Shown here in pieces: positions 1-24,016 of a stretch of DNA of 64,000 bases. Location of the stretch: contig WELA01003378.1 in assembly GCA_009602735.1 (NCBI GenBank), positions 3,712 to 67,711 of the forward strand, given 5' to 3'. The notes beneath the pieces were generated by a model. That model was not told the DNA's origin, made no database searches, and saw only the letters and a list, made by a program, of their open reading frames with translations. Made by a program: the position numbers and the translations under genes. Numbering within the stretch: the first letter of the stretch is position 1; the number at the start of each line of letters is the position of its first letter. Source of the stretch: Mesotaenium endlicherianum. Lineage: Eukaryota.

Positions 1-418
1 GCGGCGGCTGCGACGGGGCTTCGGGGCGGGCGCGGCAGAGGCGGGGGGCGAGGGGTCGGTCATCGCGGCGCACGGAGCAAGAGTCGGGGAAGGGACGGCC
101 ACTGCTGCGGAGAGAGGAAGGGGGGGGGGGAGGGAGAGAGAACGAGAGGGTGAAAGAGAGAGGGAGAGTGAGTTCGTGACAGAGACAGGATCACACTACC
201 CGGTGTGCGTGCACGTGCCCTCACAGGCGGCCTACGAGCAGCAACAACAAAGACGAGAGGAGGGACAGAGGGCTCTCCCGTCCCGCAGCTTGTCGTAGCC
301 CTCCCCCAGCAGGCTGGCCTAATGCCGGGCAGCCGACGTCGGCATGCTCAGAGACGAGCGGGGGGCGCACGCTGGCCTGCCCGCTGCTGGCAGCGGCCTG
401 GGCGCGGGCGAAGATGGA

Positions 419-2056
419 GGCACCCTGACACACATCACAGAGGCAGGGCAGCCTCGTGAGCTGCACGCACGCCGCGCAACCCAACGTGCATCACCTAGCG
501 AGCACCAGGCAGAACCGGCGCAAGCCGCAGGCTTCTGCCGCCTGCGTGCAGAAACATGCCTGCCCGGCAGCCAGAGGCTCAACCGCGCTCGTCGACACGT
601 CTCAGAGAGTGGGAGAGAGGGATGGGTAAGAGGGAGAGAGGGAGAGGGAGAGGGGTCGTCGCGACCTGACCAGTCAAGAGTGAGAGCTGGAGGAGGGTGA
701 GGAGGGCGGGTAGGGCCTCGATCGTGCCTGCAGAGCACTCTGCAGGTGGCACCCTGACACACATCACAGAGGCAGGGCAGCCTCGTGAGCTGCACGCACG
801 CCGCGCAACCCAACGTGCATCACCTAGCGAGCACCAGGCAGAACCGGCGCAAGCCGCAGGCTTCTGCCGCCTGCGTGCAGAAACATGCCTGCCCGGCAGC
901 CAGAGGCTCAACCGCGCTCGTCGACACGTCTCAGAGAGTGGGAGAGAGGGATGGGTAAGAGGGAGAGAGGGAGAGGGAGAGGGGTCGTCGCGACCTGACC
1001 AGTCAAGAGTGAGAGCTGGAGGAGGGTGAGGAGGGCGGGTAGGGCCTCGATCGTGCCTGCAGAGCACTCTGCAGGTGGCACCCTGACACACATCACAGAG
1101 GCAGGGCAGCCTCGTGAGCTGCACGCACGCCGCGCAACCCAACGTGCATCACCTAGCGAGCACCAGGCAGAACCGGCGCAAGCCGCAGGCTTCTGCCGCC
1201 TGCGTGCAGAAACATGCCTGCCCGGCAGCCAGAGGCTCAACCGCGCTCGTCGACACGTCTCAGAGAGTGGGAGAGAGGGATGGGTAAGAGGGAGAGAGGG
1301 AGAGGGAGAGGGGTCGTCGCGACCTGACCAGTCAAGAGTGAGAGCTGGAGGAGGGTGAGGAGGGCGGGCAGGGCCTCGATCGTGCCTGCAGAGCACTCTG
1401 CAGGTGGCACCCTGACACACATCACAGAGGCAGGGCAGCCTCGTGAGCTGCACGCACGCCGCGCAACCCAACGCGCATCACCTAGCGAGCACCAGGCAGA
1501 ACCGGCGCAAGCCGCAGGCTTCTGCCGCCTGCGTGCAGAAACATGCCTGCCCGGCAGCCAGAGGCTCAACCGCGCTCGTCGACACGTCTCAGAGAGTGGG
1601 AGAGAGGGATGGGTAAGAGGGAGAGAGGGAGAGGGAGAGGGGTCGTCGCGACCTGACCAGTCAAGAGTGAGAGCTGGAGGAGGGTGAGGAGGGCGGGCAG
1701 GGCCTCGATCGTGCCTGCAGAGCACTCTGCAGGTGGCACCCTGTCACACATCACAGAGGCAGGGCAGCCTCGCGAGCTGCACGCACGCCGCGCAACCCGA
1801 CGCGCATCACCTAGCGAGCACCTGGCAGAACCGGCGCAAGCCGCAGGCTTCTGCCGCCTGCGTGCAGAAACATGCCTGCCCGGCAGCCAGAGGCTCAACC
1901 GCGCTCGTCGACACGTCTCAGAGAGTGGGAGAGAGGGATGGGTAAGAGGGAGAGAGGGAGAGGGGAGGGCTCACCGCGGCGTGACCAGTCAAGAGTGAGA
2001 GCTGGAGGACGGGGAGGAGGGCGGGCAGGGCCTCGATCGTGCCTGCAGAGCACTCC
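419..2056. repeat. Tandem repeat, 329-bp unit, ~5 near-identical copies
   Basis: Unit starts GGCACCCTG(A/T)CACACATCAC at 419, 748, 1077, 1406 and 1735, an exact 329-bp period. The last copy is slightly diverged and ends near 2056. Confidence 0.97.
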
Positions 2057-3372
2057 TGCCTGGCTCAGTACGACGCGGTCAGCTTCAGTGCCCGGCCAAC
2101 AGCCACAGCGCAGAGACTGGAGGAAGGAGGAGGAGCTGTGAAGTTTGCAGAGGCGGGTTCTCACCTGCAACGCTCGCACACGGGCGGGAGTCCGCGCTCT
2201 CCTCAAGAGTGATGATCCGGGAGAGAGCAGCTCGCTCCTCGAGTGGAAGGGCACACCCCTGCACGGCTTGACATACAGTAGAAAGATAATTAGAGAGGGC
2301 ATGCAGGCGCTGGCGAGATCGGGGAGGGACGCTGCAGGCCCGCGGAGCTGCTGCAGCCAGCCCGCACATGCTTGGGTGGGAGAGCAGGACCTGGAAGAGT
2401 AGCGGTGACCTGCTCTGCTTTGCAGGGTGCGTGCTCTGCTCTGCGGGATGCGTGCGTGGCAGGTGGTAAGGCTAAAGAGAGCACACCTCTTCTGCTGTAC
2501 TGCTGCCTTTCTCGCGGCTATTGCTGCTGCTTGCGAGTGGGGAATGCCTCAGGCAGGCCACTTTGCCTCTGTAAAACCTTTTCTACATGCGCTCTTGTTC
2601 TCTCTCATGGCGGCAGCTGCAGCAGCAGCAGCAGCAGCAGCAGCCAACTACCACAGGCGGCTGCCGCCATCGCACAGAGCCCGGAGCTGAACGCCGCCAT
2701 CTCACGGAGCACGGCAGAGGTAGCTGGCTGCATGGGTAGGCCTTGCCGATAGCTGCCGCCGGTCTGTGAGACATGATTGTCTTTTTGTCTGAGACAGACT
2801 GGCTCGGCAAATTCCGAGTGGAGGAGGGACGCATGCACGCCACAGAGGAGAGCTTGAGCTCGATAGAGCTCGGAATGTGGCTCGCGTGACAAAGAAGAGC
2901 GTCACCGGAATCGAACGTGATCTCCGATGGAGGAGAAATCTGCGACAATGGAGGTTTCGGAGGACAATCTAGCGGTGGCAGGCAGGCTGGCAGGCAGTCC
3001 TGTCGTGAGTGCTTATGTTTTCTTCACTTTTATGGGGTTTGCCGTCTGCCGGGCTAGACCTTAAGCACTCGTTAGCTTAGCCAGGGTTCTGACGTAGTAT
3101 ACGGCAAGTAGCATGCATGCAGCCTGTGGTGCCGCCAAGAGGCTAGCTGCTAGCTACGTGTGCAAAAGAGGATTGCGGAGGGGGGAAAAAAAAAAGACGA
3201 GGAGCGACGCGTTGAGAGCATGCAATGCAATGCAATGCAGTGAAGGAAATAGCGTGCACCTATGCTCTAGAATCGTGGAAATTGCCGAGGGAGTCGATCG
3301 GTCGGGCCAAGACACTGCCTGCCTGGATGACGTCGACAGACGGATATTCAGCGGGTCGATGGGTCGATCAGG

Positions 3373-3377
3373 AAAAA
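3373..3377 (-). terminator. Probable Pol III T-run terminator of the tRNA
   Basis: TTTTT on the minus strand about 38 nt downstream of the tRNA 3' end. Confidence 0.55.
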
Positions 3378-3414
3378 GATGACCTGATGGAACACGGCAA
3401 TATGGTCAAATCAC

Positions 3415-3486
3415 TGCCGCTACTGGGGATCGAACCCAGGGCCTTTCCCTTACGAAGGGAATGCACTACCACTGTGCTATACCGGC
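3415..3486 (-). tRNA. tRNA-Thr(CGT)
   Basis: Reverse complement folds as GCCGGTA-TA-GCAC AGTGGTA GTGC-A-TTCCC TTCGTAA GGGAA-AGGCC-CTGGG TTCGATC CCCAG-TAGCGGC-A (72 nt, anticodon CGT). The acceptor stem has one G-G mismatch. Confidence 0.93.
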
Positions 3487-4024
3487 TGTGCCGACTGCCA
3501 CCCGTGGAGTTTGTAATTATCGGCACCCTTCGTCGCTGTTTTCTCCCCAGAGCGACGCGCTCCTCGCCGTGCAGCTGGCTCGCTCCTCGACCTCTTGTCG
3601 TCCTCCTCCATCGACGCCGCCTCGTTATTTAATGTGACCCCAGGCATTTCCGTCCCCGCTTCGATTCGGCATGCATCGTGTGCGAGCAGCCGTGCAGTGC
3701 AGCAGCTGTTGATGGATTGGAACTGTGCAGGGAGACAATTGAGGGGCTGCACGCACGCAGAAGTTGAGGCAAACCACGACCCACGCAACGTCAGTATCAC
3801 GATAACGGAGACGGTACCAGGCACACACGAGCTTGCGGTGCTCGACCACTCTTGGCCAGCGAGCGAGCCGCTGCTGCATGCCGCTCACACACGGTCCAGC
3901 TGAGGAAGCTCTCCTCGGCTCGTTCGCGCTCGCGCGGCGATTGAGGGAGAGAGGGAGAGGGAGAGATCGGCCGGGCTCAGAAGAGTATCTGCGGGAACGC
4001 GAATCGGATCCCTCACACCCGTAT

Positions 4025-6680
4025 ATGCCAGCCATGTCGTCGCCGCCGTCTCCTCCTCCGGCGACGGCCATCAGCTGCAACTCGTGCAGCGCCGCCTTCC
4101 CCGACGAGGCGGGCCGGGGGGACCACTACCGGTCCGACTGGCACCGCTACAACCTCAAGCGCAAGGCGAGTGTGCCGTCCTCTCTTCCTCTCCCTGGTCC
4201 TGGGGTGAGGGGGGGGGGGGTNNNNNNNNNNNNNNNNNNNNNNNNNNNNNNNNNNNNNNNNNNNNNNNNNNNNNNNNNNNNNNNNNNNNNNNNNNNNNNN
4301 NNNNNNNNNNNNNNNNNNNNNNNNNNNNNNNNNNNNNNNNNNNNNNNNNNNNNNNNNNNNNNNNNNNNNNNNNNNNNNNNNNNNNNNNNNNNNNNNNNNN
4401 NNNNNNNNNNNNNNNNNNNNNNNNNNNNNNNNNNNNNNNNNNNNNNNNNNNNNNNNNNNNNNNNNNNNNNNNNNNNNNNNNNNNNNNNNNNNNNNNNNNN
4501 NNNNNNNNNNNNNNNNNNNNNNNNNNNNNNNNNNNNNNNNNNNNNNNNNNNNNNNNNNNNNNNNNNNNNNNNNNNNNNNNNNNNNNNNNNNNNNNNNNNN
4601 NNNNNNNNNNNNNNNNNNNNNNNNNNNNNNNNNNNNNNNNNNNNNNNNNNNNNNNNNNNNNNNNNNNNNNNNNNNNNNNNNNNNNNNNNNNNNNNNNNNN
4701 NNNNNNNNNNNNNNNNNNNNNNNNNNNNNNNNNNNNNNNNNNNNNNNNNNNNNNNNNNNNNNNNNNNNNNNNNNNNNNNNNNNNNNNNNNNNNNNNNNNN
4801 NNNNNNNNNNNNNNNNNNNNNNNNNNNNNNNNNNNNNNNNNNNNNNNNNNNNNNNNNNNNNNNNNNNNNNNNNNNNNNNNNNNNNNNNNNNNNNNNNNNN
4901 NNNNNNNNNNNNNNNNNNNNNNNNNNNNNNNNNNNNNNNNNNNNNNNNNNNNNNNNNNNNNNNNNNNNNNNNNNNNNNNNNNNNNNNNNNNNNNNNNNNN
5001 NNNNNNNNNNNNNNNNNNNNNNNNNNNNNNNNNNNNNNNNNNNNNNNNNNNNNNNNNNNNNNNCGACGGGGTCTGGCGAGGGCTCGACGCCGACGACGAC
5101 AACGGCGGCGGCGGCGGCGGCGGCGGCGGTGCCTCTGCCGGAGGAGCTGGTGGTGCGGCCTGCGCCCGTGAGGCCCACGCCCGAGGAGAAGTTCAAGGAG
5201 CTCTCCCTCGCCGCCGAGTCCAAGGGAAATGCTGCTCGGGACGAGGCCGGCGCGGGCGGGCGGCCGCGCAGGGCTGCGGCCACGGGCTCGACGGCCGCTC
5301 GTGGCGGGCTGACGCCCGTCGGTGAGGAGGAGGCCGCGGGCGGCGGTGCAGGACGGCAAGCGGCACAGCCGGGAGTGGGTGGAGAGGACGACGACGAGGA
5401 GGAGGAGGAGGAGGAGTGGGAGGAGGTCGCTGACGGCGAGGAGGAGGAGGAGGAGGAGGACGACGACCACCCGGAGGCTGCTTCAGCTGACCACGGCGTC
5501 GACGCCGAGGGCGGGCCCCGGGCGACGGCCGCGGAAGGAGGGGGAGATGCTGCCCTTGCGGAGGCGGAGGACGAGGCCGCGAGCGTCTCTTCGGACACGG
5601 ACGGGGACAGGGCGGGGGGAGAAGAGGCGGAGGAGGGCGACTTCGAGTGGGACGCGGGGCGCTGCCTGTTCTGCCAGAAGGAGTGCGGGGGCGGCGGTGT
5701 CGAGGAGGGTGGCGTGGTGGAGGCGAGCGTGGAGCACATGCACCGCGAGCACGGCTTCTTCATCCCCGACGCCGAGTTCCTCAAGGACCCCGCCGACCTC
5801 ATCGCCTACCTCGCCCTCAAGGTGCTGCCTGTCGCCCGTCCCCCCCACATGTGCGCGCGCAGTCCGCGGAAGCGTCTTCTTAGCCCTGTCGAGGCGTGCA
5901 GTTGCTGCCTCCTCTGCCCTTCTCTCCTTGAGGGCTGCAGCTTTCTGTTGTTCGGCCCTCAAGGCAGGGGGGTGATTGGAGAGGCGCTGCAGCTACCTGC
6001 CGCGCGCTCCCTGGAAACGGGGGGAGACAGAGAGAGAGAGAGTGAGAGAGATGGAGAGGGGTGGGAGAGTAGGCCACCCCTCATGCAATGCCCAGTGGGT
6101 CCCTATTGGGGGAGCGAGCGGTTGGGTTGTTACGCCGCTGGTTGGGTCACTTCTGCTGGAAGGCGGCGAGGGGCAGGGAGATGCTCTGGACGTCCGGGAG
6201 GCCACAGCCAGTCGTCGCCTGTGTGCGCAATCTGGGCGCGCCGGGAGGACGCCCGAATGAATGCAACCCCGGCCTGCTGCCGGCAGTGGTCTGGGATACC
6301 GCAGCGGCGGTGTCGGAAATGAGCACAGACAGCGCTGCAGGGAGCCTTAACATCGGCAGACACAACAGTTCTGGCCAAGGAGGGAAGAGGGTGGGGGGGT
6401 TGTCCGGGGGACCTGTCTCTCGACGTTGGGGTGCTGTCTTGGGCTGACATCAATCAATCTCCTTTGGGGTGGGGGGGAGGGTAAAACGTGCAGATCAACA
6501 GGGGGTTCATGTGCCTCTACTGCGACGACAGGGGGCGGCAGTACGGCAGCGCGGAGGCGGTGCGGCGCCACATGCGCGACCGCAGCCACTGCAAGCTGCG
6601 TTACGGCGACGGGTCCAACGAGGCAGAGGACGAGCTGGCGGAGTTTTACGACTTCTCCGCCAGGTGCTGCACCCGCCAGG

Positions 6681-6736
<56 letters not shown>

Positions 6737-7804
6737 CGTGCCTGTGGTGCCCCCCCCCTCCACCCAGCCCTTGCTTCCCGGTGCACATTACTGCAGCAGC
6801 AATTGCTTGCTAAGTAGCAGTGGCATCTGAACATGCGGCCACACTCTCACACGTCCCGTGTCTGAGAAGGACCGCTTGCCGGCGACAGTGCAACTATGAG
6901 GGGGATGGAGCGCAAGACCTGAGGGGGTGTCGTTGTCTCCCAGGACAAGGGCCCCGGGGGGAAAGGGGGGGGGGGGTTGGAGATGTGCTGGGCAACCAAG
7001 AGCGGATTGTGAGGCCAGTCGGGTGGGTCGGCGAGCCTTTTCCTCTCTCTGTTGTCTTCTCCCACTGACCGCCCCCGTGCCTCGTTTCTGCAGCTATACG
7101 GAGGGAGACATGCAGCTGGTGGCGGGCCATGCGGAGCCGCCGGTGATGCTGCTCAGAGGGGGCCTCGAGCTCGTCATCAAGGGGGGGGGCGCCTCGGGCG
7201 GCACGCAGGGGGGCAAGATCCTGGGGGCCAGAGAGCTGGCCCGCTACTACAAGCAGAAGCCGCGGCCTTCAGAAGACCGCTCGGGCGTGATGAAGAACGC
7301 CATCATTGCCCGGTACGGTCCCATCCTGCCATTTCGTCCAGGCTACAGCTGCCGTGCTCACGCATGCGGGGGCGCGTGTGTGTGCTTGGAGTTAGTGCTT
7401 CCCTTTCCTTCTCCTTTGTCCCCTTTCTTAATTTCCTCTCGAGCTCGGGCACAGCCTGACGCCCTTCAGCTGCACGGTTGCAAGCGAGGCCTTCACTTAC
7501 CACTGCTCTGCCCCTCCAGCTCGTTCCAACCAAGAATTATGCTGAGCTGGGCAAGGGGGCAATATCGCCAGCTCTTGTCCGTCGATGGGCCCACATGTGC
7601 AGTTTGTGCGCTGACGTCGTGATGGCGAGCGGGCGTGGCAGGTACAGGAGCATGGGCTTGTCGACGCGGCAGCAAGAGTGGGTGAAGAGAGGCAGCAGCA
7701 AGGACACGGGAGCCAATGCAAAGGCGAGAGCCGACAATGTGCGCACCAGAGTTGGAATGAAGAACAATGTGATATGGAACTTGCCCAAGAACGTGCCGTA
7801 TTAG
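4025..7804 (+). CDS. REIL: REI1-like / ZNF622 C2H2 zinc-finger pre-60S maturation factor (multi-exon, partly in N gap)
   Basis: Exons: 4025 (or 4034)-4165 CNSC..HYRSDWHRYNLKRK; gap 4222-5063; (gap)-5821 with acidic tract and CLFC..HMHREHGFFIPD; 6494-6663 FMCLYC..HMRDRSHCK; 7094-7312 LGARELARYYKQKPRP; 7642-7804 RYRSMGL..NLPKNVPY*. Splice phases are consistent and the C-terminus resembles plant REIL proteins. Confidence 0.93.
6683..6730. repeat. (CT)n microsatellite, intronic
   Basis: Perfect CT run in a REIL intron. Confidence 0.95.
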
Positions 7805-8619
7805 ATCGGCGCGCTCATCCTCGGACGGCAGTGGAGATGTGCTGTTTGCAAGTTTTTGATAATGAGAAAAACAAGAGCATAAGAGCTTAGTTGATGATCT
7901 GGTGTGCAATATGACTGCATTGCAAGTCCCGAGTGGCAGGGCCTTTTTTTGCTACATAACAATCGTTCAGCTGCAGGGTCTTCCTGCTGATTGCTCTAAA
8001 TGCAAATACCGGGCAGGCAAATCGTGTGTGGGAGAATTGGAATGCTGCCGCATTCACACGCATTGCTTGTCAACAATTGAGCACAGAAGATGGCATCAGC
8101 ACAAACCCTTGATCTTGTGCACAGCCCGTGTACCCTCTTTAGGGACCAACATTTCTCTTGCTCACAGCACAACAGCTTGAAAAATCCACTCGCAAGGGCC
8201 TCCCTCATTTCCTGGGCAGGGACGCCAAGTTTTACAGGGCTGACATGCTCGACGCTGTCCTGAACCCTCATTCATGTAACGCGCCCTCACTTCAATAAAA
8301 TTACCTGCTTACGACCCTGCACTACTTGGCTTTCTAGGTTCATAGGGCGATTGTCGACACTATCAGAGCTGGCTTCCGGAGTCCAGTCCGTCACAAGGCT
8401 CCCCCCAGTACTCGATCTCCACTCCTCTCTCTTCGACTGAGTTGAACGTAGTGTGAACAGAGCAGTGGCTGCTTCCCACCGACGAGAAGTAGAAGCTGCG
8501 GTGCAAAAGATCAAAATAAGACATGACTACTTCGCCTCCATCCAGTCTGAAGACCTACAGACGACGTCGCGCACGCGGGAGAGCAGGCCATGATGGACCC
8601 CCGCCCGTCCGCGAGTGTC

Positions 8620-20174
<11,555 letters not shown>

Positions 20175-21558
20175 AATTATGAAGCGTTTTTATCAGGCAC
20201 CTCATCTACCCAACCATCGGTTGTCCTCAAGGATTAGGCATGACGTTGCTCATGCCTTCTTGCCACTTCCAGCAAGTTGCTTAAGGTGAGGCCCTTTACG
20301 CTTGGTTGCAGTGGGGGCATAACCGGATGGACCAGCTACAAGGCAATGCAAGTGACCAAATTACAATGTGAGCGTCACAAACCAAGGAAGCACAGAGGAG
20401 TCACAGAAGAGGAACGCTGCCGTTGACACCTTCTGCCTTCTTCAGAGGATTATTGTAAAAGCTACAGTAGGGAGATTTGCAGTCCATAGGATTTCTATGG
20501 AAGGCTTGCATATACCTCGATGTGCCAATGCCTTACCTTACCATACGCTGTTGCTGAATCACACGCTTCACTATTGTTCGCCATTTGTCCATTCTGGGGG
20601 GATGCTTAATACGACCAGCACCAGGAACCCCTAGATTCCGGGACTAAAGAGATGTATTATCGTCCGTTTATGACAGTGTAGGGGAAGGGCAAGCACAGGC
20701 TCGAGACAGCTGAAGCGCAGCGTTTGCTGAAGACCCAAAGCTCTGACTGAACATGTGCAGCAACACTTTCCTCATCCTAGACTCGTATTAAAACGTCATC
20801 TTAGTCCCGGGTTGCTTAGACCAAGTCTCCACATCAGTTTCCATTTCATAAGAAGATATTCCTTCATGGCCCTGCGAATATAGAGCAACTCTTAGTGCAC
20901 TGACTTAAGTGCTTCTGTCACTAGCCAACACGTACTCAAATTCAGGAAAACACCGCCCGGGCACACCCCTTTTTTTTGAACCAGACCGGGCTAGCTTATG
21001 CCTACAGCTGCTGTTGGGTGCCGTCGGGTTACCCTACGCCACCGCATGCTTTATTTTATATTTTACCTATTTGACACTATTTGACTATATTTAACATGAA
21101 TGATTGTCGTGCCTAACAGTGTCGGTCCCTCAGGCACTTGCATAGTTTTCCAGCACGTGTGCCTTCAACCTGGTTGATGTGTCGGTGGCCATTCTCACGT
21201 GTGAGAAAACATGGTCGATCGACCTTCGCACGGGTGTCGGTGACAAGCCTCACCAGGGTTAACCCATCCCTGGGCTCCTGAACTTGCACCATGCAACCAT
21301 GACCAACACTCAGAGCAACGTTCTCCTTCACCCAGCTCTCACCATCTGCTTATCCTAAGACTTAGCAGAAAATTCCAAAAATACTTGCCTTGCCTTAAAT
21401 CCTCTTACAAGTAGGACGGAAGTCTCTCACTTCCACATAGGCTTTATGCCTTAAGGTTCTTGGGTTCACAGGCGAGCAAATTGTACTTTGCAGAAATCTC
21501 ACTCTAAGCAGCTTGACATACAACGTCAGATTCAGAAAAGATCGCCCTTCAGGCTTTC

Positions 21559-22100
21559 TGTAATGAATCAGTATATTGGTTGATATAATATTCATTTAAA
21601 TATAACAGTTAAATAAGTTCAACCTGCTGAGTCTGCTGGACTTTATATTTAATATCAGTTTAACGACTCAGCCGAAAGCAGCAGGTTGAAGTCAGCTTAA
21701 GTCAGCTTGCTAACACATTCTTTGACAGCCAGCTGACTTCCGTACTCGGTAGCAGCGAACTGCCTCGATATGCATCTAAGTGTGGTATGCTAGATGAATG
21801 GCCAGATGACATCCCTATGATGGATGGCGATTTGGGATGATGGGAGATGGTGGTGGATTTGGTTAACCGAGGTCCTACCAACGTGGTTAACTCCCGGGTA
21901 GGCGGTGCCATCGCACTGGCCGTTGAACAGTAAACTCATTCCATGTACATATGCTAGGCATTGCTCTCGAGTTCGGCATTCGGAAACGAGGCCAACTCTC
22001 TTGTACAGCTTAATGAGAGAGATCTAAATCCAAGGCGAGAAGCCATTGATACGCACTGTCTTCTAACCTTGCTAATGTATGAGCTTATTGATATGCTTTA
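21559..22100 (+). mobile_element. 3'-truncated family A LTR
   Basis: Starts TGTAATGAATCAGTATATT and matches the other family A LTRs up to ~22100. The GATTCATTTCA end is missing. Confidence 0.88.
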
Positions 22101-24016
22101 TTCAACCATCTGAAAGACAACCATCTCTGTGCGTGTCACAGGAAGCCAGCCCCTCACAATGTGTTGTGATGCATAGTTATTTGTCTCCACAACCAATTGC
22201 TGGAAAAAGCCAATAGGCATGAAGAGACAAAAGATGCCAAAGGGACTCAGATCATTGAATCTCTTGTCTCGGGTTCCTTGGAGGCCATGGTGGTGTTCTT
22301 CACTTGGCTGCAACAAGTCTTCTTGACATGTGTTTCCAAGAGCAGGCACCTTCCAATCTTACACCTCTTCCTCCTCCTCCTCCTCCTCTATCATGGTTGC
22401 TGCTGGAGGAACCTCCTCTATGTCTTTAGAATTCGAGAAGTCTCCTTCTTCAGAGCTGCTACTGTCAGACCTAGACTCAGAATCTAAAAAAACTTCCTTG
22501 CCTTTCTTACTAGGCTTAGGCATACCTTGAAACATGACTTTGCTTCTCCCTGCAGGCGCTGCAAATTTGTTAGAGCGTGTAGGTTTGCCCCTCTTCTTGC
22601 TAAATTGACTGTCAATAAGGCTAGTTTCAGTCTGTAAAGAATCAGTATATTGGTAGATATAATATTCATTTACATATAATAGTTAATTAAGTTCAGCCTG
22701 CTGAACTTCAGTCAACATTCACTCTGCTGGACTTTATATACTTATCAGTTTAATGACTCAGGCGAGAGCAGCAGGCTGAAGTCAACTTAGGTCAGCTTGC
22801 TGGCACATTCTTTGACAGCGAGCTGACTTCCATACTCGGTAGCAGCGAATTGCCTAGGTATGCATCTAAGTGTGATATGCTAGATGAATGGCCAGATGAC
22901 ACCCTTAAGGTAGATGGCGATTTGAGATAATGGGAGATGACTGTGAATTTGGTTAGCCGAGATCCTACTAACGCGATTAATTCCCGGGTAGCGGGGCCAT
23001 CGCTTTTGCCGTTGAAAAGCAAACTCATTCCATGTACATATGCTAGGTATTGCTCTCGAGTTCGGCATTCGGAAACGAGGCCAACTCTCTTGTACTGCGA
23101 TCTGAATCCAAGGCAAAATGCCAATGATACGCACTGTCTTCTAGCCATGCTTATGTGTGAGTTTACTAATTAATGCTCGTTACTTGCATTTGACTTGCGA
23201 GTATTGTCCACCGCTAGTACGTTTGTCTTTTGCTGTTTAAATCAATTAACCGAAAATACCATAAAGATTATTCGTTGACATAAAGATTTTTATTAATTGT
23301 TAATTGTCTATTGGGAAGTCGATTCATTTCACAGTCCCCTGCAACTCTGCACTGACTTGTGTGTCCAAAATGGCTGCCTAGGACACTCTAAAAGATGCCT
23401 GAGGGTCATCTTGACTCTCGGGTGCTTTTTCCGTCTCTGGCTGCTGTTCTTGCTCACCTACCCGTGTGTATACTCCCTCAAAAAATTCATGTCATGTGCC
23501 AAAGTCTTTCTTAATGGCACCTTAAACAACGTTCTCTGTAAACTTATGTCTAAAATTATTATAGACGAAGAACACTTGACAAACAACGCTATGGCTTTTT
23601 TGGGCCTCAGTTTGCTTCTTGACCACTCCCTCCAACAACACTTCTTCCCAATATGCATCAAATTTTTCACGAGCCCACGGACGACCGAAGTGAGCAGCAG
23701 GTATGAGAATTTTGTTCCTAAATGAGCGTCGAGAGAGCAACCAGCGGCAGCCATGGCGAAAGAGGTCTCGTCAAGAAAAAGGACTTTTGCGTTCAATTTC
23801 GTCATCAAAATTGATTTTAGCATCGTACACATTTTGATGTAACTTGTACGCAACAAGTCGGTTTGATCTGTCACGTTGCAATGTAGCCCACTGTTTGGGA
23901 CTAATTTCACTTAAAATGATTAAGTTTACAGAGGTTTATGGTAGAGACAAAAAGGGCAAGTAGTTGCATCAAAATGTATGAGTTGCATCACATATGATGC
24001 TCCGGGCTATCTAGTG
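22101..24016 (-). mobile_element. piggyBac-like element B, 5' part only (degenerate transposase N-terminus, interrupted by a solo LTR)
   Basis: Minus-strand end CACTAGATAGCCCGGAG resembles the TIR of element 37574-41656. ATG near 23754 (MAAAG..). 22098-22349 HHHGLQG..LSPFGIFCLFMPIGFFQQLVVETNNYA aligns with HHHGLQG..LSPFSVLCFLMPTWFFKQLAKETNAYA of ORF 37890. Confidence 0.8.
22633..23331 (+). mobile_element. Solo LTR, family A, 5-bp TSD CAGTC
   Basis: TGTAAAGAATC...GATTCATTTCA flanked by CAGTC at 22628-22632 and 23332-23336. Confidence 0.95.

Noticed and set aside
419..2056. CRISPR-like array (palindrome at regular spacing)
   Set aside because: Intervening sequences are near-identical rather than unique spacers; eukaryotic context and no cas genes.
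205..2141. Repeated 110-187 aa ORFs in the tandem array
   Set aside because: By-products of GC-rich repeat units; the 329-bp unit is not a multiple of 3 and no domain is recognisable.
2145..2950. Possible minus-strand gene (CAG|GTGAG donor near 2164)
   Set aside because: No coherent exon chain or recognisable protein could be built; needs RNA-seq.
3833..6322. 829-aa ORF as a single CDS
   Set aside because: It runs through an N gap and introns; the real product is the spliced REIL gene.
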